64,000 nt of DNA, taken from assembly GCA_021802125.1 (NCBI GenBank), contig JAKAAX010000003.1, positions 148,300-212,299 of the forward strand, read 5' to 3'. Of this stretch, positions 26,444-36,900 are shown one piece after another. The notes beneath the pieces are model-generated. The model saw only the letters and a program-made list of their open reading frames with translations. It was not told where the DNA came from and made no database searches. The position numbers and the translations under genes were made by a program. The DNA comes from Thermoplasmata archaeon (GTDB lineage Archaea; Thermoplasmatota; Thermoplasmata; Lutacidiplasmatales; UBA184). Each line of letters begins with the position of its first letter. Within the stretch, counting starts at the first letter, position 1.

Positions 26444-27127
26444 ATGACGCAGGTGCGGACGCTCGCCGCCTACGAGATCGTCCGGCATCTGTTCCCCCGT
26501 CCTCCCCCGACCGAGATCGACGAGATCGCCCGGGCGACGGGGAAGGCGATCGACTCCGCCCTCGCCTACTGGTCCCACGCTCAGCGGCAGAACCTGCGGC
26601 TCACGGCGACCGCGGTCCAGAAGATGGCCCTTGGGACACTGAACGAGGAGCTTCAGGACGCCGATGTTACACCCTCCCCCGAGGCCCGCACCAAGGCCGA
26701 GCGGGAGATCGCCGGGGTCCTCCAGGCCTTTCGGAAGAGCGAGGTCTTCGGGCTGGCCCGCCCCCGCTCGCGGCTCGTGCTCATCGACCGGACGGTGGGG
26801 GTCTACGCTCAGCCGGACTTCTCCGACGGGGTCCGACGGTTCTACGAGATGAAGACCTTCCGCGCGGTGCCCCCGCCGCCGGACGTCGCGCTCCAGGTGA
26901 GCATCTTCCAGCTGGCCTTCCCCGAGCAGCGCTCCTTCCTCGCGTGTTTCGACCGCCACAAGGACCCCGTGGAGACCTGCATCGAAGAGGTGCCTCCCCC
27001 CACGGCGGAGGCGAGGACCGCGCTGCTTCGGCAGATGCGAGAGATCGGTCTGTTGAAAGGGATCGAGAAGGTGCTCGAATACATCGACACCCAGGTCGTG
27101 GGCTACACGCTCGAGGGCACCCCCTGA
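26444..27127 (+). CDS. PD-(D/E)xK nuclease-superfamily protein (Cas4/RecB-like core without Cys cluster)
   Basis: 227-aa ORF. Core is SRLVLIDRTVGVYAQPD(125)FSDGVRRFYE(135)MK(137)TF, followed by QVSIFQLAF (QxxxY-like). Divergent from 25785..26399 across a 44-nt AT-richer spacer. Confidence 0.55.
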   Translation: MTQVRTLAAYEIVRHLFPRPPPTEIDEIARATGKAIDSALAYWSHAQRQNLRLTATAVQKMALGTLNEELQDADVTPSPEARTKAEREIAGVLQAFRKSEVFGLARPRSRLVLIDRTVGVYAQPDFSDGVRRFYEMKTFRAVPPPPDVALQVSIFQLAFPEQRSFLACFDRHKDPVETCIEEVPPPTAEARTALLRQMREIGLLKGIEKVLEYIDTQVVGYTLEGTP

Positions 27128-27241
27128 GAAGGCGGCGGCCGGATCCTGCGCGACCTCGGCATCGACGCCGTGACCATCGCTCCCAACAGCATCTTGGGGC
27201 ACGGACGGAGATGAGAGACGCTCGCACAGAGGTTTTTCTAG

Positions 27242-30200
27242 ATGAAATTCGGTGGGATTTGTATGGTCTTTCGCATCTTCCCTACGATCGGACGGCGGTC
27301 TTTCAGCACGGGCACCACGAGTGCGCCCCCACGTCTGTCGTTCGGACGCACGCCGCTTCTCCTGGGAGCCGTCGCGGTTCTGCTCCTGAGCGGCCTCTTC
27401 GCCTTTCCCGGTGCGACGTCCGGCACCCCGGCCCTGCCTCACGCGGCGGCCGTGCCGGGATCGGAGGGCGTTGGGCAGATGCACCTCTGCGGGAGCATGA
27501 GCGGAGCGTGCGCAGCGACATCGACCGGCGTTCCTGGTAGCGCCACCTCCGTCTCGCACGACGCCCTGCTCATCTCCCCGGACACCACCATCCTGTCCGG
27601 CAGCTACGGTACGTTCAACGCCTCTCTCCCGGGAGGGGTCACCGCGACCCAGTACGTCTGGACGTACGGCGATGGGACAAGCACGACCACCGGCGGTGCT
27701 CAGGACCGTCACGTCTTCGATACCCCCGGGATCTACCTTGCGCAGGTCATCGCCACCGACACCGCCGGGACGACCCATGACAATCTGGGAGGGCTCTACG
27801 TCTTCCCCGTCCAAGCCTCCTACGCCAACGACTCGTTCGGCAACCGCGCCCTCATCTCCGGGGACGTCCTTGCCAACTCCACCTCCACGCTTTCGGCCAC
27901 CGGCGCCATCCACCCGGGCCAGTTCGTGACCGTGGGGGCCTCCGTCCAGAGCGAGCCCACGACTCCCGAATGGAACACGAGCGCTCCGTGGTTCGAACCC
28001 GACCCCCGTGCGGGCGCCCACGAGACCCTCTCCCCTGTCTCCGTGGGAAGCTCGGGGGAGAGCACCACGACAGTGAGCTTCGACGCCACCACCCCTGCGG
28101 GACTCTACAACGCGACCGTGGTCTTCCCCGTGCTCGATCCGACGACCGGGGGGATCGGCTGGAGCAACTTCACCTTCGCGATCGAGGTCGCCTCGGGAGA
28201 CGCGGCCTACGCGGCGCCCTCCCTCGCCTCCCCGCACCCGGGTCTCCTGCGCGCGTCGTGGAACTACCCCGGGGGGTCGGTCTCCGAGGACCCCGCGATG
28301 GACTACGAGACCATCGGGGCCGAGGTCATCCAGAACGTCTACCAGACGCTCATCACCTACAACGGGTCGCAAGCGAGCTCCTCCCCCTCCGCTTTCGTCC
28401 CCGACCTGGCCACGTGCGTGCCGGGCACCGCCCAGTGCCAGGCCCTCTACGGGAGCCCTCTCGTCACCAGCTCGGGCGACTACACGTTCGTGCTCAACCC
28501 GAACGACAGGTTCTACGACCCGGCGACGGGGGCGGGGTGGGAAGTCCATCCGTTCGATGTGGTCTACTCCGTTGCGCGCGCGTGCGTGCTCGCCGAACCC
28601 CTCTTCGCGGCGACTCCCGGATGGGTCCTGTGCCAGGCCCTCCTCCCCGTGGGCAGCTCGACCTACGACGGCGCATTCCACTACCCGCAGAACAACACGC
28701 CCTTCCGTATCCTCTCCTCGATGACGATCAACGAGACCGGGGCCTGCCCCACCGTGGGGGGCAGTTTCGCCGGGAGCGGATGCGTCACCTTCCACACCTC
28801 GCTCAGCGGAGCGGTCTGGCCGGAGTTCCTCGCGCTGCTCGCCGATCCACTGGGAGCTTCGGTCGTCAGTTGCGCCTGGGCGGCCCTGCACGGGGTGGCC
28901 CTCGCGCCCTGGGGGAACACGCCCGCCTCATGCTCGAGCGTCCCGACCCCCACCTCGCTCCCGGATACGGCGTGGGACAGCTACGAGAACCTACAGCTGA
29001 CCAACAGCTACTACTCGTACCTGCAGTGGCACATGGTCGGCAGCGGACCCTACATGGTCCAGAACCTGACGCCGTACCAGAACTACTCGCTGGCGGCCAA
29101 CCCCGACTGGGGCGCCACCACGTGCCAAGGTGGCCGGGCGATGGGTTGCCTACCGTGGCCGGGGTCCTACATCCCCCGCGTGGAGGTGAACTGGACCTAC
29201 AGCCAGGTCCCGGGTGAGGACCAGTACTGGAACCGGTCGGTCGACATCGCCACCATCCCCGGGGCGGACGAGACCCTGCTCTTGGACATGCTCCAGAAGG
29301 GGATCGTCTCCCTTGCCCAGGTGCCGACCCTGGACACCTACTTCCAGCCCTTCGACATGGCCTTCGCTCAGGGGGTCGCCCAGACCTACACGACCTCCAA
29401 CATCAGCATCCCCTCCTGGGCCCTGCAGGACATGAACCTGCGGCAGTTCATCGTCCATTCGTACCCGTACGCGAGCGCCCTCTCCCAGACCTGCACCGTC
29501 GCAGGGATACGCTACTGCGTGGGATACGGGGGAGCGATCCCCCTCTACATGTCGGGGTACACGCCCACGAACATCTCCTGGCCGAACTCCAACCCCGACG
29601 TGGACCCGGCCAATGTCGGGGGCGCGGCCTGGTGGTGGACCCAGGCGAAGTCCGACTCGCTGTTCGGCACCCTTCCGTGCCTGGCTGCACCACCCTGCCG
29701 GATCCCGGTCTTCTTCAGTGGGGGTGACACCTACGACATGGGGATGCTCGCCGAGACCAACTGGTGGGTGAACGACATCTCGGGGGGCGAGGTCCAGCTC
29801 TTCGCCATCAACGTCACCTTCAGCCAGCTTGTCAACAACATGTTCGCGTCCCCTGGATCGAACGCGTTCCCCATGTTCGAGGCCGGTTGGATGCCGGACT
29901 ACGCCGACCCCTCGGACTACGCCGTCCCGATTCTCTACCCGGATTCGACGTACACCTCCTCGAGCGCAGTGCTCGAAGGGCTCACCGGCTCCCTGGCCCA
30001 TGCGAACTACATGGCCAGTTGCCCGGGCACGCTCTACACGTACTCGGCGGTGACCAACAGCTGTCAAGGTGCGGCCTACGAGAACATGGTGACCCTCCTG
30101 GCCCAGGCCGGCACCTGCGCGCCCCCCGCCTGCTCGCTCTCCAACCGGGCCCTCTGGTACAACATGGCGGAGCAGATCGACAATCAGCTCGCCCTGGACT

Positions 30201-32188
30201 CGTGGAACTTCCAGTCGATCTCGGCCACCTCGTACGCGAGCTGGCTGGACCCCTCCAGCATCGTCCGGAACCCGGTGGTGCCGGGGGAGCTCTGGTGGCA
30301 GTTCGAGTACCGGAACGCGAGCGGGAGCGGGCCTCTCGCCGTCCACGGGCCCGCGGCGTCCCCTTCGACGCTCGACCTGGGGCAGAGCCTCACGATGAGC
30401 CTCTCGATCTCCGGTGGACACCCGGCCTACGTGATGGCCTGGAGCGGGCTCCCCACGGGGTGCACGAACGCGTCGGTGACCTCGATCACCTGCACGCCCA
30501 CGGCCACGGGGATCTTCCACGTGAACGCGACCGTGCGGGACGCGGTGGGGGATGTCGTCTCCGTCGGTCCGGCGAGCATCTTCGTCGACCCCGCGCCGGT
30601 GATCTCGAGCTTCACGGCCGCGCCGAACCCCGTGAACCAGGGCAGCGCGACCACCCTCTCCGTGACGGCCTCCGGCGGCACGCCGCCTCTCACCTACTCG
30701 TACACCGGGCTCCCCGGCGGATGCAGCAGCTCCAACGTCGCGACGCTCGTGTGCACTCCCTCCGTGTCGGGGACGTTCACGGTGACCGCCGCCGTCACCG
30801 ATGCGGCGGCGGACTCCGTCACGCGCACGCTCAGCCTCACCGTAAGCTCGGTGGGCCTCTCGCTCTCTTCGGTCACGCTGAGCCCCCCTAACGCGGGGCT
30901 CGCCCCCGGGACGGCCAAGAGCTTCCAGGCGTTCGGTACCTCCTCCACGGGAGCCACGGTCTACGGGGTGTCCTACGTGTGGCAGATCTCCCCCTCCTCG
31001 CTGGGGACGCTGAACGCGAGCCTCGGGAACGTCGTCACGCTGACCGCCGGGAGCGTCTTGGAGAGCGGGACCCTCTGGGTCAACGGGACCTATGGCCTGA
31101 GCTCCGCGGGCGCCGTCGCGGACATCGCCGTCTCCCCCGGGGGCATCGTGCTCGGTTCGGTCCTGGTCACGCCGGTGACCGTCGCAGTGCCCTCAGGGAC
31201 CGTGAGCAGCTTCACCGCTTCGGCCTACGCCTCGACCGGAAGCGAGCTGTGGGGCCTCGGCTATTCCTGGACGCTCGTCCCCTCCTCGCTCGGGACCCTC
31301 AACGCCACGACCGGGCCCGTGGTCCAGCTCTCCTCAGGAACGCACGCGGGCTCCGGGAGCCTGTGGGTGAACGCCACCTTCGGTTCGACCCACGGAGCGG
31401 AAGCTCTCGTGACCAACCTGGGTCCCCCGGCGCTGCAGGCCACCCTCTCGACCGATCCGGCATGGACGAGCCTCGTCGGAGGGTCGGTCACGGTCACCAC
31501 CGTCGCGACCGGAGGATGGGGGCCGTACTCGTACCTCTACTTCTCGCTCCCACCGGGATGCACGAGCTCGAACAGCTCCACCATTACTTGCACCCCGTCG
31601 GCGGCGGGGAAGTACGATCTGACGGTGACGGTCACGGACCACGCGGGACAGTCTGCGGTGGCCTCCGTCCCGCTCACCGTGGTCGCGGCCTCGTCGCAGG
31701 GTGCGAACGCTCAGGACGCGCTCATCCTCTGGATCCTGTTGCTGATCGCGCTCATCGCGGTCGCGGGGGTCGCGATCGCGTTGGGGCTCCGCCGCCACGG
31801 AGATGCGGCCGGAGCTGGGCAGGAGCCTCCACCCCTGCGTCCTTTCGAGTCTCCCTCCTCGGCTCCCTCGGCCGAGCCACCGAGGGCGGAGGCTGCCGCG
31901 CCCCCTCCCCCCGAGACCCCCGCTCCGCCCCCTCCTCCTCCCGAACCCGCTTCCGATAAGGAGACGGCCGAGGCGACCGGTGCTGCTGGAGCGGTCACAC
32001 CCTCCGACGCGTCGGCGCCGGAAGCAGCCACGCCGGAAGGGTCCGCTCCAGAAGCTACGCCCGAGAGCGACGGTTCCAGCCCGGGAGGCGAGAGTCCGGA
32101 GGGAAGCGCCCACGACGTCCCCCCGGAAGGAGAAGGCCCGGGTGCCAGTCCTCCTGCGGAGGAGGGCGACGCGCCCCCGTCCCCCTGA
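27242..32188 (+). CDS. giant surface protein: PKD + family-5 solute-binding-protein-like domain + Ig-like/Big_2 stalk + TM + acidic Pro-rich tail
   Basis: 1648-aa ORF. PKD signature (VWTYGDGTST). SBP_bac_5-like segment (DPAMDYETIGAEVIQNVYQTLITYNG...FVPDLATC...YTFVLNPNDRFYDP), roughly nt 28240-30310. Three SGG.PPY.Y.W.GLP.GC...TC.P Ig-like modules and two Big_2-like modules. TM LILWILLLIALIAVAGVAIALGL + RRH. ATG 27263 is an alternative leaderless start. Confidence 0.85.
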   Translation: MKFGGICMVFRIFPTIGRRSFSTGTTSAPPRLSFGRTPLLLGAVAVLLLSGLFAFPGATSGTPALPHAAAVPGSEGVGQMHLCGSMSGACAATSTGVPGSATSVSHDALLISPDTTILSGSYGTFNASLPGGVTATQYVWTYGDGTSTTTGGAQDRHVFDTPGIYLAQVIATDTAGTTHDNLGGLYVFPVQASYANDSFGNRALISGDVLANSTSTLSATGAIHPGQFVTVGASVQSEPTTPEWNTSAPWFEPDPRAGAHETLSPVSVGSSGESTTTVSFDATTPAGLYNATVVFPVLDPTTGGIGWSNFTFAIEVASGDAAYAAPSLASPHPGLLRASWNYPGGSVSEDPAMDYETIGAEVIQNVYQTLITYNGSQASSSPSAFVPDLATCVPGTAQCQALYGSPLVTSSGDYTFVLNPNDRFYDPATGAGWEVHPFDVVYSVARACVLAEPLFAATPGWVLCQALLPVGSSTYDGAFHYPQNNTPFRILSSMTINETGACPTVGGSFAGSGCVTFHTSLSGAVWPEFLALLADPLGASVVSCAWAALHGVALAPWGNTPASCSSVPTPTSLPDTAWDSYENLQLTNSYYSYLQWHMVGSGPYMVQNLTPYQNYSLAANPDWGATTCQGGRAMGCLPWPGSYIPRVEVNWTYSQVPGEDQYWNRSVDIATIPGADETLLLDMLQKGIVSLAQVPTLDTYFQPFDMAFAQGVAQTYTTSNISIPSWALQDMNLRQFIVHSYPYASALSQTCTVAGIRYCVGYGGAIPLYMSGYTPTNISWPNSNPDVDPANVGGAAWWWTQAKSDSLFGTLPCLAAPPCRIPVFFSGGDTYDMGMLAETNWWVNDISGGEVQLFAINVTFSQLVNNMFASPGSNAFPMFEAGWMPDYADPSDYAVPILYPDSTYTSSSAVLEGLTGSLAHANYMASCPGTLYTYSAVTNSCQGAAYENMVTLLAQAGTCAPPACSLSNRALWYNMAEQIDNQLALDSWNFQSISATSYASWLDPSSIVRNPVVPGELWWQFEYRNASGSGPLAVHGPAASPSTLDLGQSLTMSLSISGGHPAYVMAWSGLPTGCTNASVTSITCTPTATGIFHVNATVRDAVGDVVSVGPASIFVDPAPVISSFTAAPNPVNQGSATTLSVTASGGTPPLTYSYTGLPGGCSSSNVATLVCTPSVSGTFTVTAAVTDAAADSVTRTLSLTVSSVGLSLSSVTLSPPNAGLAPGTAKSFQAFGTSSTGATVYGVSYVWQISPSSLGTLNASLGNVVTLTAGSVLESGTLWVNGTYGLSSAGAVADIAVSPGGIVLGSVLVTPVTVAVPSGTVSSFTASAYASTGSELWGLGYSWTLVPSSLGTLNATTGPVVQLSSGTHAGSGSLWVNATFGSTHGAEALVTNLGPPALQATLSTDPAWTSLVGGSVTVTTVATGGWGPYSYLYFSLPPGCTSSNSSTITCTPSAAGKYDLTVTVTDHAGQSAVASVPLTVVAASSQGANAQDALILWILLLIALIAVAGVAIALGLRRHGDAAGAGQEPPPLRPFESPSSAPSAEPPRAEAAAPPPPETPAPPPPPPEPASDKETAEATGAAGAVTPSDASAPEAATPEGSAPEATPESDGSSPGGESPEGSAHDVPPEGEGPGASPPAEEGDAPPSP

Positions 32189-32364
32189 CATTCTTCACGC
32201 GGGAACGAGGAACAGGACCGCCCGGTCCATCGGTCGCTGAGGTGTCCCGTTGCGTGCCTATGGCTCGCACGGCACAGCTTGATATCCTCGTCACGGGTGA
32301 AGAGAACCTCCGGAACCCCCGTCGGCCCACGCAAACGTTTCGCCAATTGGGGCGCCTGAGACGC

Positions 32365-33669
32365 ATGAGCGACCCCGACGTTACGCCGGCGCGAGAGCCA
32401 CCGGCCCAAGAGCCCACCTTCGAAGACCTCCCCCTACATCCGACGCTCCGCCGGGGCGTACGGGAGATGGGGTATCGCAATCCCACCCCGATCCAGAGAT
32501 CGACCATCCCTGACGCGGTGCGAGGGCGCGACCTGATCGGGACGGCGCAGACCGGTAGCGGGAAGACCGCCGCGTTCCTGCTGCCGATCCTGGAGCGGCT
32601 CATCGACCACCCCCCGGGTCGCATCTACGCGCTCGTGCTCACCCCCACGCGTGAGCTCGCCCTGCAGGCGGACGGATTCCTTCGCCAGCTGGGCCGCCAC
32701 ACCCGGGTCCGCGGTGGCGCGGTCTACGGTGGTGTCGGCATGGAACCGCAGGAGCGCGCGCTCCGCGGCGGGGCCGAGGTCATCGTCGCGACGCCCGGAC
32801 GGCTCCTGGACCACATGAGCCGGGGGTACGTCGACTTCCGTTCCCTTGAGGTCCTGGTCCTGGACGAAGGCGACCGCATGCTCGACATGGGGTTCATCCC
32901 CGACGTCCGACGCATCCTGCGCAACCTCCCCTCCCGACGCCAGACGCTCCTCTTCTCGGCCACGATGCCCCCGGAGGTGGTCCAGCTTGCGCGGGACTTC
33001 CTGCACGAGCCTCGGATGGTGCGCGTGGAGGAGACCACGGTGGCAGCGGCGGGGGTCACGCACCGTGCCCTGCCGGTCCCCCAGCACCAGAAGACGGACC
33101 TGCTTTCCTTCCTGCTGAAGGACCCCTCGCTCACGAGCGTGCTGGTCTTCACCCGGACGAAGCACCGCGCGGACCGCGTGGTCCGCCAGCTGAAGCAGAA
33201 CCACGTGGACGCGGGCGTGATCCACGGCAACAAGAGCCAGAGCCAGCGCGTCAAGGCGCTGGAGGCGTTCCGGCGCGGGTACCACCGCGTGCTCGTGGCG
33301 ACGGACATCGCCGCCAGGGGCATCGACGTGGAAGGCGTGTCCCACGTCATCAACTACGACTCCCCGAACGACCCGGAGACCTACGTGCACCGTGTCGGGA
33401 GGACCGCGCGGGCGCAGCGGCAGGGCATCGCCATCACGATGGTCACGCGGGAGGACGACGACGAGTTCTCCCGGATCGAGCAGTTCCTAGGTGAGCGGAT
33501 CCCCCGGGAGCGTCTGGAGGGGTTCCGGTACGAGGAGCCACCGCGACACGAGCCTTCCCCACCGCCGAGGGGCGGGCGTCCCATGGGCCACGGACGTGGC
33601 GGGCCCTCCCCTTCCTCCCAGTCGTCGGGGCGCCGCTCGTCCTACCAGCCCACCTCCCGGCGCTGGTGA
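32365..33669 (+). CDS. DEAD-box ATP-dependent RNA helicase (motif II reads DEGD)
   Basis: Q motif NPTPIQ, motif I AQTGSGKT, motif II VLDEGDRM, SAT, HRVGRTAR, and a Gly/Arg/Ser-rich tail. ATG 32365 lies within ORF 32242..33669. Confidence 0.9.
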   Translation: MSDPDVTPAREPPAQEPTFEDLPLHPTLRRGVREMGYRNPTPIQRSTIPDAVRGRDLIGTAQTGSGKTAAFLLPILERLIDHPPGRIYALVLTPTRELALQADGFLRQLGRHTRVRGGAVYGGVGMEPQERALRGGAEVIVATPGRLLDHMSRGYVDFRSLEVLVLDEGDRMLDMGFIPDVRRILRNLPSRRQTLLFSATMPPEVVQLARDFLHEPRMVRVEETTVAAAGVTHRALPVPQHQKTDLLSFLLKDPSLTSVLVFTRTKHRADRVVRQLKQNHVDAGVIHGNKSQSQRVKALEAFRRGYHRVLVATDIAARGIDVEGVSHVINYDSPNDPETYVHRVGRTARAQRQGIAITMVTREDDDEFSRIEQFLGERIPRERLEGFRYEEPPRHEPSPPPRGGRPMGHGRGGPSPSSQSSGRRSSYQPTSRRW

Positions 33670-33690
33670 CTGGGAGCGGGGCGCGCGGGC

Positions 33691-33927
33691 TCAGCTAGCG
33701 GGTTTCTTCGGAAGCGCCCGGACCCCGTCCGGGCCTTCCGCGGTCAGCCCCTGCTCCGCGCAGGTCTGCAATATCCGGTTCAGGCCCGCGAGCGAGATCC
33801 GGTGCCCCCGGTGCTCGAGTTCCTCGAGGAGCTTACGTCGTCGGATCGGTTCGGGCCGCGAGCCCAGGACCTCCATCACGAACCCGACCGAGCCTTCCGG
33901 GATGTTAGCGCCCATGCCCACGGGCAC
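33691..33927 (-). CDS. small putative winged-helix protein
   Basis: 78-aa ORF 59 nt downstream of the giant gene on the same strand. Segment IRRRKLLEELEHRGHRISLAGLNRILQTCAEQGL. Confidence 0.4.
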   Translation of the reverse strand: MPVGMGANIPEGSVGFVMEVLGSRPEPIRRRKLLEELEHRGHRISLAGLNRILQTCAEQGLTAEGPDGVRALPKKPAS

Positions 33928-33986
33928 GCGACCAGCTCCGGAGGGATTTACCTCTGGCGTCCCGGCGCCCGCGTCGCTCCCTCGGC

Positions 33987-36900
33987 TCAGGGCGGCGGAG
34001 GGGGCCAGACCGGCGGGGGCGCGGCGGGCGCATACTCCGGGGGCGCCCAGGAGGGGGGTGGGGGCGGCGCTGCGTATCCCCCTTGAGGGGCGTAGCCCGG
34101 GGGGCTACCCTGCCAGGGACCGGGCTCGGGATACGTGGATTCGGGCGGCGCGAGGTTGCTCGGGTCCTGGGAGTGTCGCCTGCGCCGGTGCACATACACC
34201 GCCGCGACGACGACCGCAGCGATGGCGACGACCACGACCACCCAGAGCCACGGGTTCCCGGAGAACGCCGCCAGAAGGCCCTGGTTCGCGGGAGCCTGGA
34301 CGGTGACCGTCCACGTGGCGTTGACCTCCTGCCCGCTCGAGTCGTTCGCGGTGACGTGGACCGTGAAGGTCCCGCCGGATCCGTAAACGTGGGAGGCGGG
34401 ACCGAGGGTCCCGGAGGTGACGGTCGTGAGCGCGCTCTTGCCATCTCCGAAGCGCCAGGAGAGGGAGATCGGCCGGACGCCACCGACCAGCGACGCGTTC
34501 AGGAACGCGGTGCTCCCGAGCTGGATGCTCGCCGTGCCCGAGATGGTCATGGTGAGCAGCGGGGGATACGTGGCGGAGAGGGTGCCGTTGCCCATGAGCT
34601 CGAGCTGGGAGGCCCCGTTGGTCCGGGCGAAGCCCGAGAGCGCGAAGCTCGGGGAGAAGTACCCCGAACATGGGAGGGAGGCGTAGGAGTAGTTCCCGGC
34701 CGTGAGCGTCGCGAAGGAGCCGTTCGCGTAGACCTGCCCACCGATCCGGACCTGGCAGTTCCCCGGCGCGATGTGGACCGACAACCGATAGACGGTGGGG
34801 ACGAACTCGGCCGAGATCGTGCCGTTCCCCGTCACGTTCACCTGAGTGGTTGCGAGGTTGGAGGGGGTCGTACCCGCATGCCCGCTCGCGTTCCACTGGA
34901 AGAACGTGTGCTGCGGGCAGGGGGAGACGCTCAGGCCGTACGTCCCCGCCCGGATCGAGACGGACCCTCCGCTGCTCAGGGTCGAGCCGTTCACCAGCAG
35001 CGGCCTCGTCGCGCAGGCGGGAGTTCCGATGCTGACCCCGAGGGTGTACGACGGGATGGGGATCCACCTCCAGGTCGCGGTGAGGGTCCCGTTGCTGGCC
35101 ACGCTAGCGCTGGCGTTGGCCAGGGAGGCGCCGGTCAGGGTCACTCCCCCGGTGGAGGTCCAGTTCACGAACCGGAACCCCGCGCAGGAGGGGGCCCGGG
35201 CCGCGTACGACCCGAGGTCGTAGGACCCCGTTGTCCCACTGGAGACCGGAGTGCCGTTGAAGAAGATGGGAGCACAGGTGGTAGGAACGATCGTGAAGAC
35301 CACCTGGGGGTGCCGCACGAAGGTGGCGATGATCGAGCCCCCGCGGGCGACCACCAGGGTCCCTCCGTTCTCGGAGACGCCACCGGTGGAGGACCATGCG
35401 GAGAAGCGGTTGCCCGCATGGGTCACCGCGCCGAGCGGGTAGGAGCCCGCGAGCAGCACGATGCTGTCCCCGTTGTAGTACGGGGTCCCCCCGATCGAGA
35501 CCGCGCCGGCCCCGGCCGGGGTCACGGTGATGTTGACCGTGAAGGAGGGCGGGGTGAAGGTGAAGTTCTGGATCCATGTCCCCCAGTAGTCGGTCGAGGG
35601 GTCGCCGGGGATCCACTCCCCCTCCGTCCAGATGCTCACGCCGTTGGTCGGGTCCACGTCCGCCGTGTTGTAGTCCCCGAACCGGCCGTACATCTCGTTC
35701 CCGTAGCCGGGTTTGACCACGATCGGGGTCTCCAGCGTGTTCGCGGGGTCGGTCACGGACTGCCCGGTGATGAGCACGCTTGGAAAGACCGTGGAGCTCG
35801 AGAAGCTCGCCACCACTCCAAGGTCACCGTAGGAGTCGATCGCGGGCGCGGCGTAGTAGTCGGTCATCCCGGTCCCTGGAGGCAGCCAGGTGAAGTCCTG
35901 CTGGAGCGTGAGCGTGGTCGTGTCGAACTCCCAGAAGTGGCTGCAGGCGGTGCTGCCCCCTCCGCAGCCGTCGTTCGCGGTGGCCCAGAGGGTCCCGTTC
36001 CTCCAGGCGGTCCCGACGACGCGCCCGTCGTCGGTATTGACCGAGACCCCGCTGGGCTGGCTGCCCTGCGGGACGGGCGACGTGCTGGTGGTGAAATCGT
36101 GCTCCGTGACAGTGACCGTCGCCGGCGGTGAGCCGGTCACGACGAAGAGGCTGACCGTCGTCGTTCCTCCTCCGAGGTTGTCTCCTGCCATGTAGATCGT
36201 CGAGCTCGGCTGGTAGGTCCGCGCGGGGCGGACGCAGTTGAGCGCGCTGTCCACCGGGACCGTCTGCGTCGCCGGGCGCACCACCCCGCTCTCGATGTCC
36301 GAGAGGTTCAGGAACCACGCCTCGTAGGCGTAGGCGCCGCCCGCGTCGTTCGCGGTCACGGCGAACGTGTTGCTGTCGATCCCGATGAACGGCTGGTCCG
36401 GCAGGTTCGCGCCGATCACCGGGAGGACGTACTCCCACCACGCGCCGGTCGGATCGGAGGTCTGAGAGACCGAGAAGATGAGCAGGTTCGTCGTGATGTT
36501 GATCGTGAGCGCGATGAAGTGGTCGTGCTGGTCATCGTAGAGGAGCGCGGTGTCCCCAAGGAACGCGCCCGTCGTGCTCTGGTAGAAGGTGTCCAGGCTG
36601 GCCTGGGTGACGTAGGTCCCCGAAGTGGTCCAGATCCGGATGTTCGCGTTGATCTCTTCGACGATGTAGCCGCGACCGATCGCGAGCCCTCCGTCGGGAG
36701 GATAGAGCTTCCCGGCGATGTAGTCGCTCCCATTCCAGCCGAGCGTGCCGTTCTTCATCGAGGACCCGGTCGCTCCCAGCGCCGGGCCGGGCGAGGCGGT
36801 AGCAGCGGCGGACGCGCCGGAAGGGGTCGAGGTCGGGAGCTCCCCTAGGCTGGCGAACGGCCTCAACACGCCCACGAGGCGGGCCGATGCCCCCGTCCGT

